Shown here: positions 48,514 to 58,556 of the stretch, in pieces
Position numbering within the stretch: position 1 is the first letter of the stretch
How the letters are laid out: each line of letters starts with the position of its first letter
From: Thermofilaceae archaeon
GTDB lineage: Archaea; Thermoproteota; Thermoprotei; Thermofilales; Thermofilaceae
Reading direction: 5' to 3'
Length of the DNA: 64,000 nucleotides
NCBI GenBank assembly: GCA_038727095.1
Contig: JAVYWK010000002.1
Location: 1-64,000 of the forward strand
Notes under the pieces: generated by a model
Database searches by the model: none
Seen by the model: only the letters and a program-made list of their open reading frames with translations
Told to the model about the DNA's origin: nothing
Position numbers and translations under genes: made by a program

Positions 48514-48688
48514 CCTGTCTCAGACGATCTAGGATGACAAACTAGCTTAGGAAGCTGAAAACGTTTAAACTCTGCTAAAACGTGCCACGGATTTAAGTCC
48601 CGCCCCCAGGCTAAGCGGCAATTCATACTGAAGTGCTCTTCGCGCGCTGAAGAACAGCCCTTAAATCTCGAAAGTGCATTAAGCGCCT

Positions 48689-50167
48689 GTGCGGCCTATC
48701 TTCGATAAGATCCTGGTAGCAAATAGGGGGGAGATCGCAGTGAGAATTATTAGAACTGCGAAAACTCTTGGGATCAAGACAGTAGCTGTTTATTCCGACG
48801 CTGATAAGAATGCCCTTCACACGCTTATCGCAGATGAGGCTGTATGGGTGGGGGGAGCCGATCCCCCTGAGAGCTACCTCAACATCGAGGCTATAATCAA
48901 CGCTGCTAAAAGCACGGGGGCAGAGGCCGTCCACCCGGGCTACGGTTTTCTCTCCCAACACACCGATTTCGTTGGAAGGCTGGAAGAAGAAGGTATTACT
49001 TTCATAGGGCCTCCCGCCAGAGTACAGAAGCTCGTTGGTGACAAACTGGGGGCTAGGAGATTCTTCCAGTCAGCGGGGATCCCCGTCGTTCCTGGAACTT
49101 TCGAGCCGGTCGATCTACGTGATGCACCCAGTATTGCGGAGGAAATGGGCTTTCCGGTAATCGTGAAACCGGCTGGAGGGGGAGGGGGGATTGGAATGCG
49201 CGTAGTATGGAATGAGCATGAGTTGAACATGGCTATGCGGGATGCCAGCGAGCTAGCAGGTAAAGCGTTCGGCCGCGTTGAGGTATACCTAGAGAAGTAC
49301 CTGCCTAAAGCAAGGCATATTGAGGTACAAATAATAGGCGATGGACTAGGAGGCGTTTACCACCTTTTCGAGCGAGAATGCTCGGTTCAGAGGAGGTTTC
49401 AAAAAGTTGTTGAGGAAGCTCCCTCCCCCGCTTTAACGTGGGAATTAAGGCAGCAATTGCTTTCCACGGCGATTAAAGCCGCAAAAGCGTGCGAGTACGT
49501 CAACGCCGGCACCTTCGAATTCCTCTTCGACCCCGAGAGCAAACACTTCTACCTGCTAGAGGTTAACTCGAGGATTCAGGTTGAACATCCGGTAACGGAG
49601 ATGATCACAGGCATCGATATCGTTAGGGAGCAGATATTGGTGGCGGGGGGCGAGGGTGTAAGCTTCAAACAGGAGGACATTGCCATTCGGGGGCACTCAA
49701 TTGAGGCGCGAGTTTACGCTGAGGACCCCTTGAATAACTTCGCTCCCTCACCCGGGCGGTTAACCAATTATAGAGAGCCCTCTGGGCCGTGTATAAGAGT
49801 GGATAGCGGGTACTACCTTGGATGCGAGGTCCCACCGTTTTACGACCCCCTACTGATGAAAATAGTTAGCTGGGGTACCAGTAGGGAAGAGGCTAGGAGA
49901 AGGCTGATAGTAGCAATTGAGGAAACGATTATTAGGGGGGTTGCTACGAACTTAAGCTTACTCCACCTGATACTAAACGACGAGGCGTTCGTAAAAGGGG
50001 ACTACAACACCAGGTTTTTCGAAGAGAGGAAGATCTCAAAAAATCTTGAAAACTACGTCATGAGGGGGGCGCGTTTCCCCGAGCCTGAGGAGCCTGTTGA
50101 AGCTCGCGTGCCTCAGGCTAAAGTTGAGGTGGACGCGTGGAAGCTCGCATCGCGTATAGGAGAATGA
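48689..50167 (+). CDS. accC: Biotin carboxylase subunit of an acyl-CoA/pyruvate carboxylase
   Basis: ILVANRGEIAVR, HPGYGFLS, GGGGIGM, RECSVQRRFQK, EVNSRIQVEHPVTE, RVYAED. Confidence 0.92.
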   Translation: MRPIFDKILVANRGEIAVRIIRTAKTLGIKTVAVYSDADKNALHTLIADEAVWVGGADPPESYLNIEAIINAAKSTGAEAVHPGYGFLSQHTDFVGRLEEEGITFIGPPARVQKLVGDKLGARRFFQSAGIPVVPGTFEPVDLRDAPSIAEEMGFPVIVKPAGGGGGIGMRVVWNEHELNMAMRDASELAGKAFGRVEVYLEKYLPKARHIEVQIIGDGLGGVYHLFERECSVQRRFQKVVEEAPSPALTWELRQQLLSTAIKAAKACEYVNAGTFEFLFDPESKHFYLLEVNSRIQVEHPVTEMITGIDIVREQILVAGGEGVSFKQEDIAIRGHSIEARVYAEDPLNNFAPSPGRLTNYREPSGPCIRVDSGYYLGCEVPPFYDPLLMKIVSWGTSREEARRRLIVAIEETIIRGVATNLSLLHLILNDEAFVKGDYNTRFFEERKISKNLENYVMRGARFPEPEEPVEARVPQAKVEVDAWKLASRIGE

Positions 50168-50751
50168 CTCACCTATTCGATAAGGGGAGAACGCGTGCTC
50201 TACGTAGCCTTCTACGCTCGATCGAACTAGGGTTGGTCGATCCAGATGCCATCCCACTTCTGTCCTTGTTAAACAGCCTGGCTGATTACTACACTACGAG
50301 TAGCTGTAGTGGTCGAATACAGCTAGCGGCTACACGCTTGCCTGGCGAGAAATTCCGTATGTTGGTGATCGCCAAGTGGCATGAACCCGTGTCACCAAGC
50401 GCGCTGGTAGAAGTTCTCAAAGCTTGCCGTTACGAGGACTTGTGGCTCTCCGTGCAGGGGCCAATACTTCACGTCGCGTGCAGAGGCCTCGATGCCGCCC
50501 GACTTTTAATCGCAGCTGCTCGTGCAGCCGGTTTGAAGCACAGCGGAATCATGTCGATAGAGGGCAGCGTAATGGTTGAGCTAATAGCGTCCGACAGAAT
50601 CGAGGCCCCGCTGAGATTGGGGGGCAAGCCGGTTCTGAGGGATGAAGCTCTGATAGACTTCGTTGAGCGTGCCAATGAGGTATTGTTGAGAGCTAAGGGA
50701 AAGCTGTCCCGATTGAAGGAAGCGCTCGAACCTCTACGAAGAAATAAATAA
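50164..50751 (+). CDS. taw3: tRNA wyosine-pathway methyltransferase Taw3/TYW3
   Basis: YYTTSSCSGRI, KWH, PILHV, GLKHSGI; ATGA overlap with accC. Confidence 0.92.
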   Translation: MTHLFDKGRTRALRSLLRSIELGLVDPDAIPLLSLLNSLADYYTTSSCSGRIQLAATRLPGEKFRMLVIAKWHEPVSPSALVEVLKACRYEDLWLSVQGPILHVACRGLDAARLLIAAARAAGLKHSGIMSIEGSVMVELIASDRIEAPLRLGGKPVLRDEALIDFVERANEVLLRAKGKLSRLKEALEPLRRNK

Positions 50752-50775
50752 AAAGCGGATCTCAGGTTACCCATC

Positions 50776-50979
50776 GTGATAATTCCCATCCGATGCTTCA
50801 CTTGCGGAGCGCTGATAGCCGACAAGTGGAATAAATTCGCTGAAAGAGTGGCAAGGGGGGATGATCCTGCGAAGGTTCTTGACGAGTTAGGGGTAAAGCG
50901 CTACTGTTGCAGGAGGATGTTTCTCTCACACGTGGATCTAATAGACACTGTACTCAAGTACGAACAGTACTCTCCCTAG
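50776..50979 (+). CDS. rpoN: RNA polymerase subunit Rpo10 (N)
   Basis: [30 protein letters not shown]. Confidence 0.98.
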   Translation: MIIPIRCFTCGALIADKWNKFAERVARGDDPAKVLDELGVKRYCCRRMFLSHVDLIDTVLKYEQYSP

Positions 50980-50980
50980 C

Positions 50981-51385
50981 TTAACGGTAGCTCTTCTGGC
51001 GCTTAGCTCTCGCCGATCTACCGCCGGGCTTTTTGGGCTCAGCTTGCCTGGGATCCTCAACGAGCAGGTGCCTATCGTACTTGCGGTACAGCTCCCTGAG
51101 GGCATCAGACCCCGCCCACTCCATGAGTGCTCTAGCGATAGCTGTGCGGATTGCCGAAGCCTGCCCCATTATACCTCCGCCATAAGCTTCGGCGTACACG
51201 TCAACCTTGCTCACTAAGTCCTCCCCCGCCAGATACAGTGGCTCACTTATCTTTAGTCGAACGAGCTCTGGTTCGAGGACTTCTAGTGGAACTCCATTGA
51301 CGAAGACGCGGCCCTTACCTTCCTTCACAACTACTCGCGCTCGAGCCGTCTTCCTCCTAGCGGAAGCGATTACTATCCTCACCAT
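50981..51385 (-). CDS. rps9: 30S ribosomal protein S9
   Basis: RKTARAR, GGGIMGQA, YDRHLLV.DPR..EPKK, QKSYR. Confidence 0.97.
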   Translation of the reverse strand: MVRIVIASARRKTARARVVVKEGKGRVFVNGVPLEVLEPELVRLKISEPLYLAGEDLVSKVDVYAEAYGGGIMGQASAIRTAIARALMEWAGSDALRELYRKYDRHLLVEDPRQAEPKKPGGRSARAKRQKSYR

Positions 51386-51834
51386 ACCTCACACCCTATT
51401 AACGTGGAGAGCTCGCCCAATGTCACGTACTCCGTCTCAGGGTTCTTCAGCTCTGCCTCCTCTGGAACCCACTTTTCAAGGCTCTCGTACTCTGATGGTA
51501 CCCCTAGGTAAACCTTCAGGCGCTTGAGAGCTTCTCGCCCTCTAGGCTTCTTGTAGGGGAGCATGTTTCGCACCATGCGTCGAAGCATGGCGTCGGGTCG
51601 TCGTGGGATCTTAGGACCCTTCCTCTCGGGGTTGTAGTGAGTCCTCCACTCGCTAATCCTCTTCATGTACCATTCAACCACTCTCTTCCTCTTCCCCGTC
51701 ACGATGGCCTTTTCTGCATTCACTATGACTACGGCATGACCCTTTAGCAGCAGTTTAGCCGTAATACTGGCAAGTCTTCCTGCGACTAGCCCGGACGCAT
51801 CAATTACTATTCTCGAACGCTTTTCAAGCTCCAT
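51379..51834 (-). CDS. rpl13: 50S ribosomal protein L13
   Basis: IDASGLVAGRLAS, NAEKA, MLPYKK.RGREALKRLKVYLGVP. Confidence 0.97.
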   Translation of the reverse strand: MELEKRSRIVIDASGLVAGRLASITAKLLLKGHAVVIVNAEKAIVTGKRKRVVEWYMKRISEWRTHYNPERKGPKIPRRPDAMLRRMVRNMLPYKKPRGREALKRLKVYLGVPSEYESLEKWVPEEAELKNPETEYVTLGELSTLIGCEVW

Positions 51835-51872
51835 CTTGTAACCCTCGCACCCTGCTGATCAAGGTTTTTAAA

Positions 51873-52235
51873 TCATACTAGAATGCGTACTCCACTACCC
51901 CGTGGGTTGCGCTCAATGAGCTGGGGGATTGTTATTACTTCACCACCTGCAGCCACTATCTTCTCACGAGCTTTTTCACTAGAGGTGTAAGCCGCAACTA
52001 CAACGCGATGGTTCAGCGTACCGCAACCAAGAACTTTACCAGGAATAACAACAGTGTCACCATCCCTTGTGTAGCGGTTTATCTTACTGATGTTGACGGC
52101 TGGTCGGGTCCGCGCTGGTCTCTCCAGTAGCTCAGCGACCCTCCGCCATACGGGTGCCTTGTTCTCTCGAGCCTTCTTCCTCAGATGGTGTATCAACCTT
52201 CTGAGATGCACGTTAGTTGAAACCGTTCTCTTCAT
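51873..52235 (-). CDS. rpl18e: 50S ribosomal protein L18e
   Basis: APVWRRVAE.L, VNISKINRY, PGKVLG, NPRGS. Confidence 0.97.
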   Translation of the reverse strand: MKRTVSTNVHLRRLIHHLRKKARENKAPVWRRVAELLERPARTRPAVNISKINRYTRDGDTVVIPGKVLGCGTLNHRVVVAAYTSSEKAREKIVAAGGEVITIPQLIERNPRGSGVRILV

Positions 52236-52498
52236 TGCACACCCCCGTTTCGCACCACCTCCATTACACTTCTTTTAAGCCTGCTGCTCGATTAGATGTG
52301 CCTCGAGTATCTAGGCCTGCAAAGATCGCGTAGGAGATAGATGTTCATCCCTGCGATAAACGCTTGCTGCATATTGGCAAACTTTGAAATTTAACAATGC
52401 TAAGAATTCTTATCTAATATCGAAGATACTGAGTTGTACTTTTATGCAGCACAGTTTTACTCAAACTCTATGTAAGATCTACGAATTTCTAATATTTT

Positions 52499-53356
52499 TT
52501 ATATTTCAGAAATGAGAAGTTTTTGTATTTCATTTATAAAATTATCTATTTTCCAGACAATCCTTCTCATTGCTACATCTATAATTTTAGAAATAGGAAG
52601 AATACCATAGTTTTCTACTTTAAATATAAACTTCGTGTTGTCCCACGAAACCCTTATCACTTCGGGGCAAGCTTCTTCGCAAGCTCTACACATCGTACAT
52701 TCCTCGATCTTACTATCGATAGCCTTGATTTTTCCGTTGTCTATACTTAAGATGCCTTTAGGACAAGCTTCCGCGCATTTTTTGCAGTTCGCTCCACATT
52801 CTTCTTCCAGTATAGTCAATCTCGGGTAGTACTTGTAGGCTGCTGTTACAGCCTGCCATTTAGCATGCTCGTTCCCTGTACCCATCTTCGCGTAAGCTTC
52901 GAGAACAACCTTCTGGCCTGGGGTTAGCTTTACGATTGGTATTAAGTCTGAAACTGGCTTCACTTCTGCACTAACAAAAGATGCCATTTCACCGATGAAC
53001 CCGCCGAACTTCATGTGCCCTGAGTAGACAGTCATCGGTTTTTCAGCTTCGACTTCTAGTACAAAAGAAGCTATACAGTTATCTCTCTTGCCCTCTTCGT
53101 AGCATTGCAATAGAGTCTCGTAAGTATCAATATCTACTTTCAACGGTATTAGCGCTAAACGATGGGCTAGGATTTCATCGAAGAGAACGGAATTATTCTC
53201 AATAATTACTACTTCATCTATGGCTAAGGTAGGTACGTCAGCTATCAACACTCTCCTTAGGGTGTTTGCTATGGCTGGGGTAACGTTCTCGAGTACGAAC
53301 TCGCAGTAGTTCTCCTCGATTTTCTTTGCAGTTATGCGAGGACCCTCACTTGGCAA
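52499..53356 (-). CDS. rpoD: RNA polymerase subunit Rpo3 (D) with ferredoxin-like domain
   Basis: ANTLRR, VPTLAID, DEILAHRLALIPL, HAKWQ; CKKCAEACP and CTMCRACEEACP. Confidence 0.96.
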   Translation of the reverse strand: MPSEGPRITAKKIEENYCEFVLENVTPAIANTLRRVLIADVPTLAIDEVVIIENNSVLFDEILAHRLALIPLKVDIDTYETLLQCYEEGKRDNCIASFVLEVEAEKPMTVYSGHMKFGGFIGEMASFVSAEVKPVSDLIPIVKLTPGQKVVLEAYAKMGTGNEHAKWQAVTAAYKYYPRLTILEEECGANCKKCAEACPKGILSIDNGKIKAIDSKIEECTMCRACEEACPEVIRVSWDNTKFIFKVENYGILPISKIIDVAMRRIVWKIDNFINEIQKLLISEI

Positions 53357-53365
53357 GGTGAACCC

Positions 53366-53809
53366 CTACCGTGTCGGCTTCTGCTTTCTACCCCTTAGGA
53401 GCTCCTTGAGAGCAACCCTGTTAACCTTGATCACTTTGAAACGGACGCCCGGTAGGTCGCCGTAGGCTTTACCTTCCGGCCCCCCTATACGCTCTATCAC
53501 GACCTCGTCGTGCTCGTTTATGAACAGTAGCCCGCCGTCGCCAGGTACAAAGGCTGTCACTACTTTCCCGTTTTTAATAAGCTGAACCCTTACACACTTG
53601 CGCACAGCGCTGTTAGGCTGCCTGCTCTCTACACCGACCTTTTCGAGCACAATACCTCTAGCCATCGGTGCTCCCTCGAGGGGGTCGTACTCTTCTTTAA
53701 GACGTAGTATTCTGCTCTTATACTCTGCATCACTCCACCTATACTTCTTGTGCTTTTTGATCAGCTTTCTAGCCGCATACAGCCCCTTCGGAGACTTTGA
53801 ACCGGGCAT
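53366..53809 (-). CDS. rps12: 30S ribosomal protein S12
   Basis: [36 protein letters not shown]. Confidence 0.98.
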   Translation of the reverse strand: MPGSKSPKGLYAARKLIKKHKKYRWSDAEYKSRILRLKEEYDPLEGAPMARGIVLEKVGVESRQPNSAVRKCVRVQLIKNGKVVTAFVPGDGGLLFINEHDEVVIERIGGPEGKAYGDLPGVRFKVIKVNRVALKELLRGRKQKPTR

Positions 53810-53843
53810 GCTGAGTGCGCACCCCCTTCTAGTTTTTAAGCTT

Positions 53844-54275
53844 TTACTTTAACGCGACATCAACCCCGAAGTATCTTCGTGCGAGCAACTTCGCTTTTTT
53901 AACGTTCTTCCCTCCTTTCCCGATCGCCAACCCTTTCTGCTCTGCTGGAACTTCTACGATAGCCACTTTACCCCCGTTGCTATTCTCCCTCATTTCAATA
54001 GACAGAACCTTAGCTGGAAAGAGGGCAGCCCGTATCAGGTCATCCAGAGTCAGTCCTTGCTCTACCACCTCTACGTCTTTCCCTATTAGTTTCTTCATTA
54101 GCTTGGTATTCGCTCCCCCCACGCCTATCGCTTTACCGGCCATACCGCGCCTGACAATAAAGATTAGGCGATTGTTTTCCTCGTCGTTAATGCAGTCTAG
54201 AACTTCCACCTGCGTGAGCGCCTCAAAGAGGGAGATGTATTGCATCTCTTTTTCAGTCAGCTTAATATTCGCCAT
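53844..54275 (-). CDS. nusA: Archaeal NusA-like KH-domain protein
   Basis: Two KH motifs ([14 protein letters not shown]); canonical position between rpl30e and rps12. Confidence 0.94.
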   Translation of the reverse strand: MANIKLTEKEMQYISLFEALTQVEVLDCINDEENNRLIFIVRRGMAGKAIGVGGANTKLMKKLIGKDVEVVEQGLTLDDLIRAALFPAKVLSIEMRENSNGGKVAIVEVPAEQKGLAIGKGGKNVKKAKLLARRYFGVDVALK

Positions 54276-54289
54276 AGGCTACGCCTCAC

Positions 54290-54589
54290 TCAACCTTTTA
54301 CGGCATCGAGTATGTTGCTCTCACCCGGATCTAAGATGGCCATAGCGGCAACAATGAAAGGCTTGTTACAGACTGCGCCTAAGTCCCATGATGTGCCTGG
54401 GAATTCGTAAAGAGGTGTTCCACTCAGTTTGCAGTATTTCTCCACATCCCTCCTGATTCGCCCTGGCGTATTGGAGGCAACTATAACCAGTTTCGCTCTC
54501 CCGTTAGTAATGGCTGAGAGCGTCTCCTTCGACCCAATTACTACCTTCCCCGTCCTCAACGCCGTCTGTATCTCTCTTACAATGTCCAT
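54290..54589 (-). CDS. rpl30e: 50S ribosomal protein L30e
   Basis: TGKVVIGSKET, LGAVCNKPF, DPGES. Confidence 0.96.
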   Translation of the reverse strand: MDIVREIQTALRTGKVVIGSKETLSAITNGRAKLVIVASNTPGRIRRDVEKYCKLSGTPLYEFPGTSWDLGAVCNKPFIVAAMAILDPGESNILDAVKG

Positions 54590-54664
54590 AGCATCACCAT
54601 CCTAGAGCATTGGTAATCAATTCCTGGCATCTCCTTGGGGGCTACCCGGACTCGACCTATAAAG

Positions 54665-55903
54665 TTAGCGTGAAAGCTCTTGCTCTCCTGTTTCACTAAC
54701 ACTGCTCTCCCTACCGGATAGCGGGTACTGCATGAGCAGTTTGACGAGACCCGTGCCCAGCGGTACAACGCGCGATCCGATTATTACATTTTCGATAACA
54801 CCCCTCAGCTCATCGAGCTCGCCCCGAGCTGCAGAGTCTATAAGGTGCTTTACGGTTACCTCGAAAGCCGCTCTAGCTAACACGCCTGGCTTCTCGCCCG
54901 CAACACCGTGCCTGCCCACTTGTCTGACACGCCCGTTGAACGTCATCGCGTCGGCAACGAGCATGATGTGGCGTACGTCAACGTCGAGCCCCTGCTCGTC
55001 CAGGACCTTCTTCATCTCTCTAATCATCATTGTCCTTGCAGCTTCTATCCCCAGAACTTCAGCAATTTCGTGAATGTTGTTGCTTATTGTTCGCCTATAG
55101 TCAACACCCTCTATACTGAGTGCGGCGACCAAATTCGACCCTTCAGTTATGATCTTATATTCTCCCAGCTTCTCGTCGTAACGCACAACCGCTCTCTTAA
55201 TACCCTTTACGCCCTTTACTCTCTGTGTCCTTACTTTATCGTATAACTTTCTCAGTTTTGTTACATCATCCAAACCGGTCCTGAAAATTATTGTGTATCT
55301 TTCCTGCTCCACGCTTCCTTTCTTCCCCTTGATTCTGTTTAGGGCTTTCACGATATCGCGAGGCTCTATCCCTCGATTCTCCAGCACCTCGGGGTCTAAC
55401 TCGATAACTATCGAATAATCGATGTAATCGATCGTTATCGCTTTAGCTACATTTTCTATTGTTGTGAGCTCAAGTTCACTGGCGATCTCTAGAGCCCTAT
55501 CCCTACTTTTTGCATTCTCGCCTTCGAGGTATACTTCCATGATGGGTGTTGAGACTGTCTTCCTCGCATCGACGATTTCTATTAGACGGGGCAGACCCAG
55601 TGTTACGTTGAGCTCCCTGACTCCAGCGAAGTGGAATGTTCTCAAGGTCATTTGCGTGCTGGGTTCGCCAATGGACTGCGCTGCGACCATTCCTACAGCT
55701 TCTCCTGGCTCAGCAAGGCTCTTGGTGTATTCGTGAACCACTCGATCAATCACTTTCCTCGCCTCATCCTCCGTCAAGCCCGCAGCTACCACCCCCCTCA
55801 CAACATCTTCTACTAGGCTCTGAGGAAGTATGTGAGCATAGGGCTCTAAAAGTGCTCTAACTTCCTGTACGCTTACACGCGCCTCCGTTGCCACATCAAC
55901 CAC
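54665..55903 (-). CDS. rpoA2: RNA polymerase subunit Rpo1C (A'')
   Basis: AQSIGEPSTQMTLRTFHFAG, TLGLPRLIE, LGIEAAR, ARAAFE; true start may be GTG 55894. Confidence 0.97.
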   Translation of the reverse strand: MVDVATEARVSVQEVRALLEPYAHILPQSLVEDVVRGVVAAGLTEDEARKVIDRVVHEYTKSLAEPGEAVGMVAAQSIGEPSTQMTLRTFHFAGVRELNVTLGLPRLIEIVDARKTVSTPIMEVYLEGENAKSRDRALEIASELELTTIENVAKAITIDYIDYSIVIELDPEVLENRGIEPRDIVKALNRIKGKKGSVEQERYTIIFRTGLDDVTKLRKLYDKVRTQRVKGVKGIKRAVVRYDEKLGEYKIITEGSNLVAALSIEGVDYRRTISNNIHEIAEVLGIEAARTMMIREMKKVLDEQGLDVDVRHIMLVADAMTFNGRVRQVGRHGVAGEKPGVLARAAFEVTVKHLIDSAARGELDELRGVIENVIIGSRVVPLGTGLVKLLMQYPLSGRESSVSETGEQELSR

Positions 55904-58556
55904 CTCTTTCGGCGAGCACTTCTTGAATGACCTTGTTCACATTTACGGGCTCTCCATGATCGCTCTTCGCGGGGTTGATGCCGTCTTCACCGTACCTATA
56001 CTGTATCACGAAGCCTTCAGACGTCCGCACACTACCATCGTAAGCGACGTAGAAGTCCTGAAGTGCGTTTGCCAATCTCCTGTACATGTAGCCGCTCTGC
56101 GCAGTTCTAACGGCCGTGTCCACCAAACCCTCTCTACCGGCCATTGCGTGGAAGAAGAACTCTGTGGGCTTCAAACCCTCTTTAAATGAGGAGTATACAT
56201 ATCCTCTAGCGCGAGGTCCAACATCGCCAGGCTTGAAGTGTGGCATTACTCTGTTCGTGAACCCCCTCTTTATACGTTCGCCCCGTAGGGACTGTTGCCC
56301 TAGCATCGCGACCATCTGTGTGATGTTTAGCATGTTGGCTCTAGCTCCTGTTCTCGCCATTATCACTGCCTCTCTCAGCATACCTACGTGACGGCTTGCA
56401 AGTTCACCTGCCCTATCCCTCGCCCTCGATAAAACCTCTAAGATTCGTTGCTCCAGGGTATCTTCCACGCTCCTCCCTGGAAGAGGTTCGAGCAAGCCCC
56501 TTTCGAACATTTCTATATACTTCGCGACGTCTCTTTCAGCGTCGTTCATCACAGATTTAACGCCCTTCAAAGCCTCTACTGGAATATCGAGGCTGTCCAA
56601 GCCTAGTGTGAAACCGTATATATCTAGGTACATTACGAAAACCTTGTATAAGCTATCGAGCAACTCTCTACCTTTATCATTACCCATCTTTCTTAGATAA
56701 TCGTGCAGAAGAGTTCGTGGTACCTGAGAAGCTATCGTGTTCTTATCGAAAACTCCGACTAACAGTTCTCCCCTGTCAACGACCACGTAGGAGTCGTACT
56801 GGCAGAGCTCTTTAACACATACGTTACATTTGCGACATACTGAAGCTTTACCTTCAAAGTTAAAGTTTTTATCTAGGAAAAGGCCTACAAGCTGTTTTCC
56901 AGTCCAGTAGGGTCCGGGTTTCAGAATTGCCGGCTCCGGCAGTGGCCCTTCGTAGCCGCCCTCCATTGATAGGAAAAATATCTTCTTTTTACTCAAGATA
57001 GTATCCTTTCTTGTCAGTAAATACGCACCAGTTATGTAATCGTGGAGACCACCTATTATCGGAGCGCCGTAGCGGGGCGATAGGATCTGCTCTTGAACCA
57101 GCATTAGAGTTAACGCCTCAGCCCTGGCTTCCTCGTTCTGAGGCACGTGAAGGTTCATTTCGTCCCCATCGAAGTCAGCGTTGTATGGCGGGCAAACTAG
57201 AAGGTTCAGTCGAAACGTCTTATACGGTAGTACTCTTACCTTGTGCGCCATTATCGACATGCGGTGCAGCGAGGGCTGCCTGTTGAAGAGCACAATGTCA
57301 CCATCCTGGAGGTGCCTTTCCACCACATAGCCAGGTTTAAGAGCTTCAGCTAAAGCAGCTCTATCTCTGACGAAGCGTAAGTCGATTCTACCGCCATCCG
57401 GTCGAACGATGTAATTCGCCCCAGGGTACTCGTGAGGTCCTCTCCTAACAAGATCTCTTAACCTCTCAAGGTTCCACGGGGTAACCCTTTCCGGTACCAC
57501 TAGAACCTTCGCAACCTCGATTGGTACTCCAACCTCATTGATGCTTAGCTTTGGATCCGGGGATATTACAGTCCTGGCCGAAAAGTCGACGCGCTTACCG
57601 GCCAAGCTTCCTCTGAAGCGCCCCTCCTTACCCCTGAGGCGCTGTGCCAGTGTCCTAAGCGGTCTCCCCGATTTATGCTTAGCTGGCGGGATTCCCGGAA
57701 GCTCGTTGTCAAATAACGTTGCAACGTGGTACTGGAGCAGACTCCAGAGATCATCGATTACCAGTTGAGGTGCACCTTCCTCAACGCTCTCCTTCAACCT
57801 CTGATTTATCCTTAGCAAATCTACAAGCTTATGCGTTATGTCGTCCTCCGATCTCATGCCGGACTCAAGAGTAATAGTCGGCCTTACCGTTATGGGAGAA
57901 ACTGGAAGGACTGTGAGGACCATCCATTCGGGCCTAGCGCTCTGGGGATCCATGCCCAATGCCTCGAGATCCTCGTTGGGTATCCTCTCAAGCCTCTCAC
58001 GGATCTCAGAGGGCCTCAGGATTACCGAACCACCCTCTCTCTCTTCGTAAAAAGTGTAGGGTTTCTCGAAGCGAATCTTGTACTGTTGAGCTTGACAGTG
58101 AGGGCATGTTGTATACTTTGAGGCTTTTTTAGCTACATTCTCTCCATACTTGTATTTAAGAAGCGGCCACCGCGCCTCTAATTGCTTCGCTCTCCTCCTC
58201 GCCTTCTCTATCTCGTCCTGAGGGAGCAGTAGCCGGCCACATACTCTGCACGTGGCTTTGAGGAGCAGGAAGATGTGTTTGGCGAAGAGAGGGTGCACCA
58301 CTGGCCTAGCCAGCTCAATGTGCCCGAAGTGACCTGGACAAAAGGCTATGAAGTTCCCGCAGGTTTCGCAGCGAACTCCGGGCTCAACGGTCCCCAATCG
58401 GCGATCCATCGGGCCGCCTCGGATCGGTATCCCCTCCTCATCGTACGTCTCTGGGATTACGATTTGCGTGATGGATAGCGCTCTTATGAAGTCCGGGGAT
58501 AAAATGCCGAACTTTATTCCGCCGATCGTTTTAGTCTCTTCAAACTGCATCGACAT
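55896..58556 (-). CDS. rpoA1: RNA polymerase subunit Rpo1N (A')
   Basis: CPGHFGHIEL, GKRVDFSAR, catalytic YNADFDGDEMN, GREGLVDTAVRTA. Confidence 0.98.
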   Translation of the reverse strand: MSMQFEETKTIGGIKFGILSPDFIRALSITQIVIPETYDEEGIPIRGGPMDRRLGTVEPGVRCETCGNFIAFCPGHFGHIELARPVVHPLFAKHIFLLLKATCRVCGRLLLPQDEIEKARRRAKQLEARWPLLKYKYGENVAKKASKYTTCPHCQAQQYKIRFEKPYTFYEEREGGSVILRPSEIRERLERIPNEDLEALGMDPQSARPEWMVLTVLPVSPITVRPTITLESGMRSEDDITHKLVDLLRINQRLKESVEEGAPQLVIDDLWSLLQYHVATLFDNELPGIPPAKHKSGRPLRTLAQRLRGKEGRFRGSLAGKRVDFSARTVISPDPKLSINEVGVPIEVAKVLVVPERVTPWNLERLRDLVRRGPHEYPGANYIVRPDGGRIDLRFVRDRAALAEALKPGYVVERHLQDGDIVLFNRQPSLHRMSIMAHKVRVLPYKTFRLNLLVCPPYNADFDGDEMNLHVPQNEEARAEALTLMLVQEQILSPRYGAPIIGGLHDYITGAYLLTRKDTILSKKKIFFLSMEGGYEGPLPEPAILKPGPYWTGKQLVGLFLDKNFNFEGKASVCRKCNVCVKELCQYDSYVVVDRGELLVGVFDKNTIASQVPRTLLHDYLRKMGNDKGRELLDSLYKVFVMYLDIYGFTLGLDSLDIPVEALKGVKSVMNDAERDVAKYIEMFERGLLEPLPGRSVEDTLEQRILEVLSRARDRAGELASRHVGMLREAVIMARTGARANMLNITQMVAMLGQQSLRGERIKRGFTNRVMPHFKPGDVGPRARGYVYSSFKEGLKPTEFFFHAMAGREGLVDTAVRTAQSGYMYRRLANALQDFYVAYDGSVRTSEGFVIQYRYGEDGINPAKSDHGEPVNVNKVIQEVLAERGG

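Noticed and set aside
48514-48688. C/D-box-like GGATGA...CTGA in the NTPase-accC spacer
   Set aside because: Only a half set of degenerate boxes, compatible with chance.
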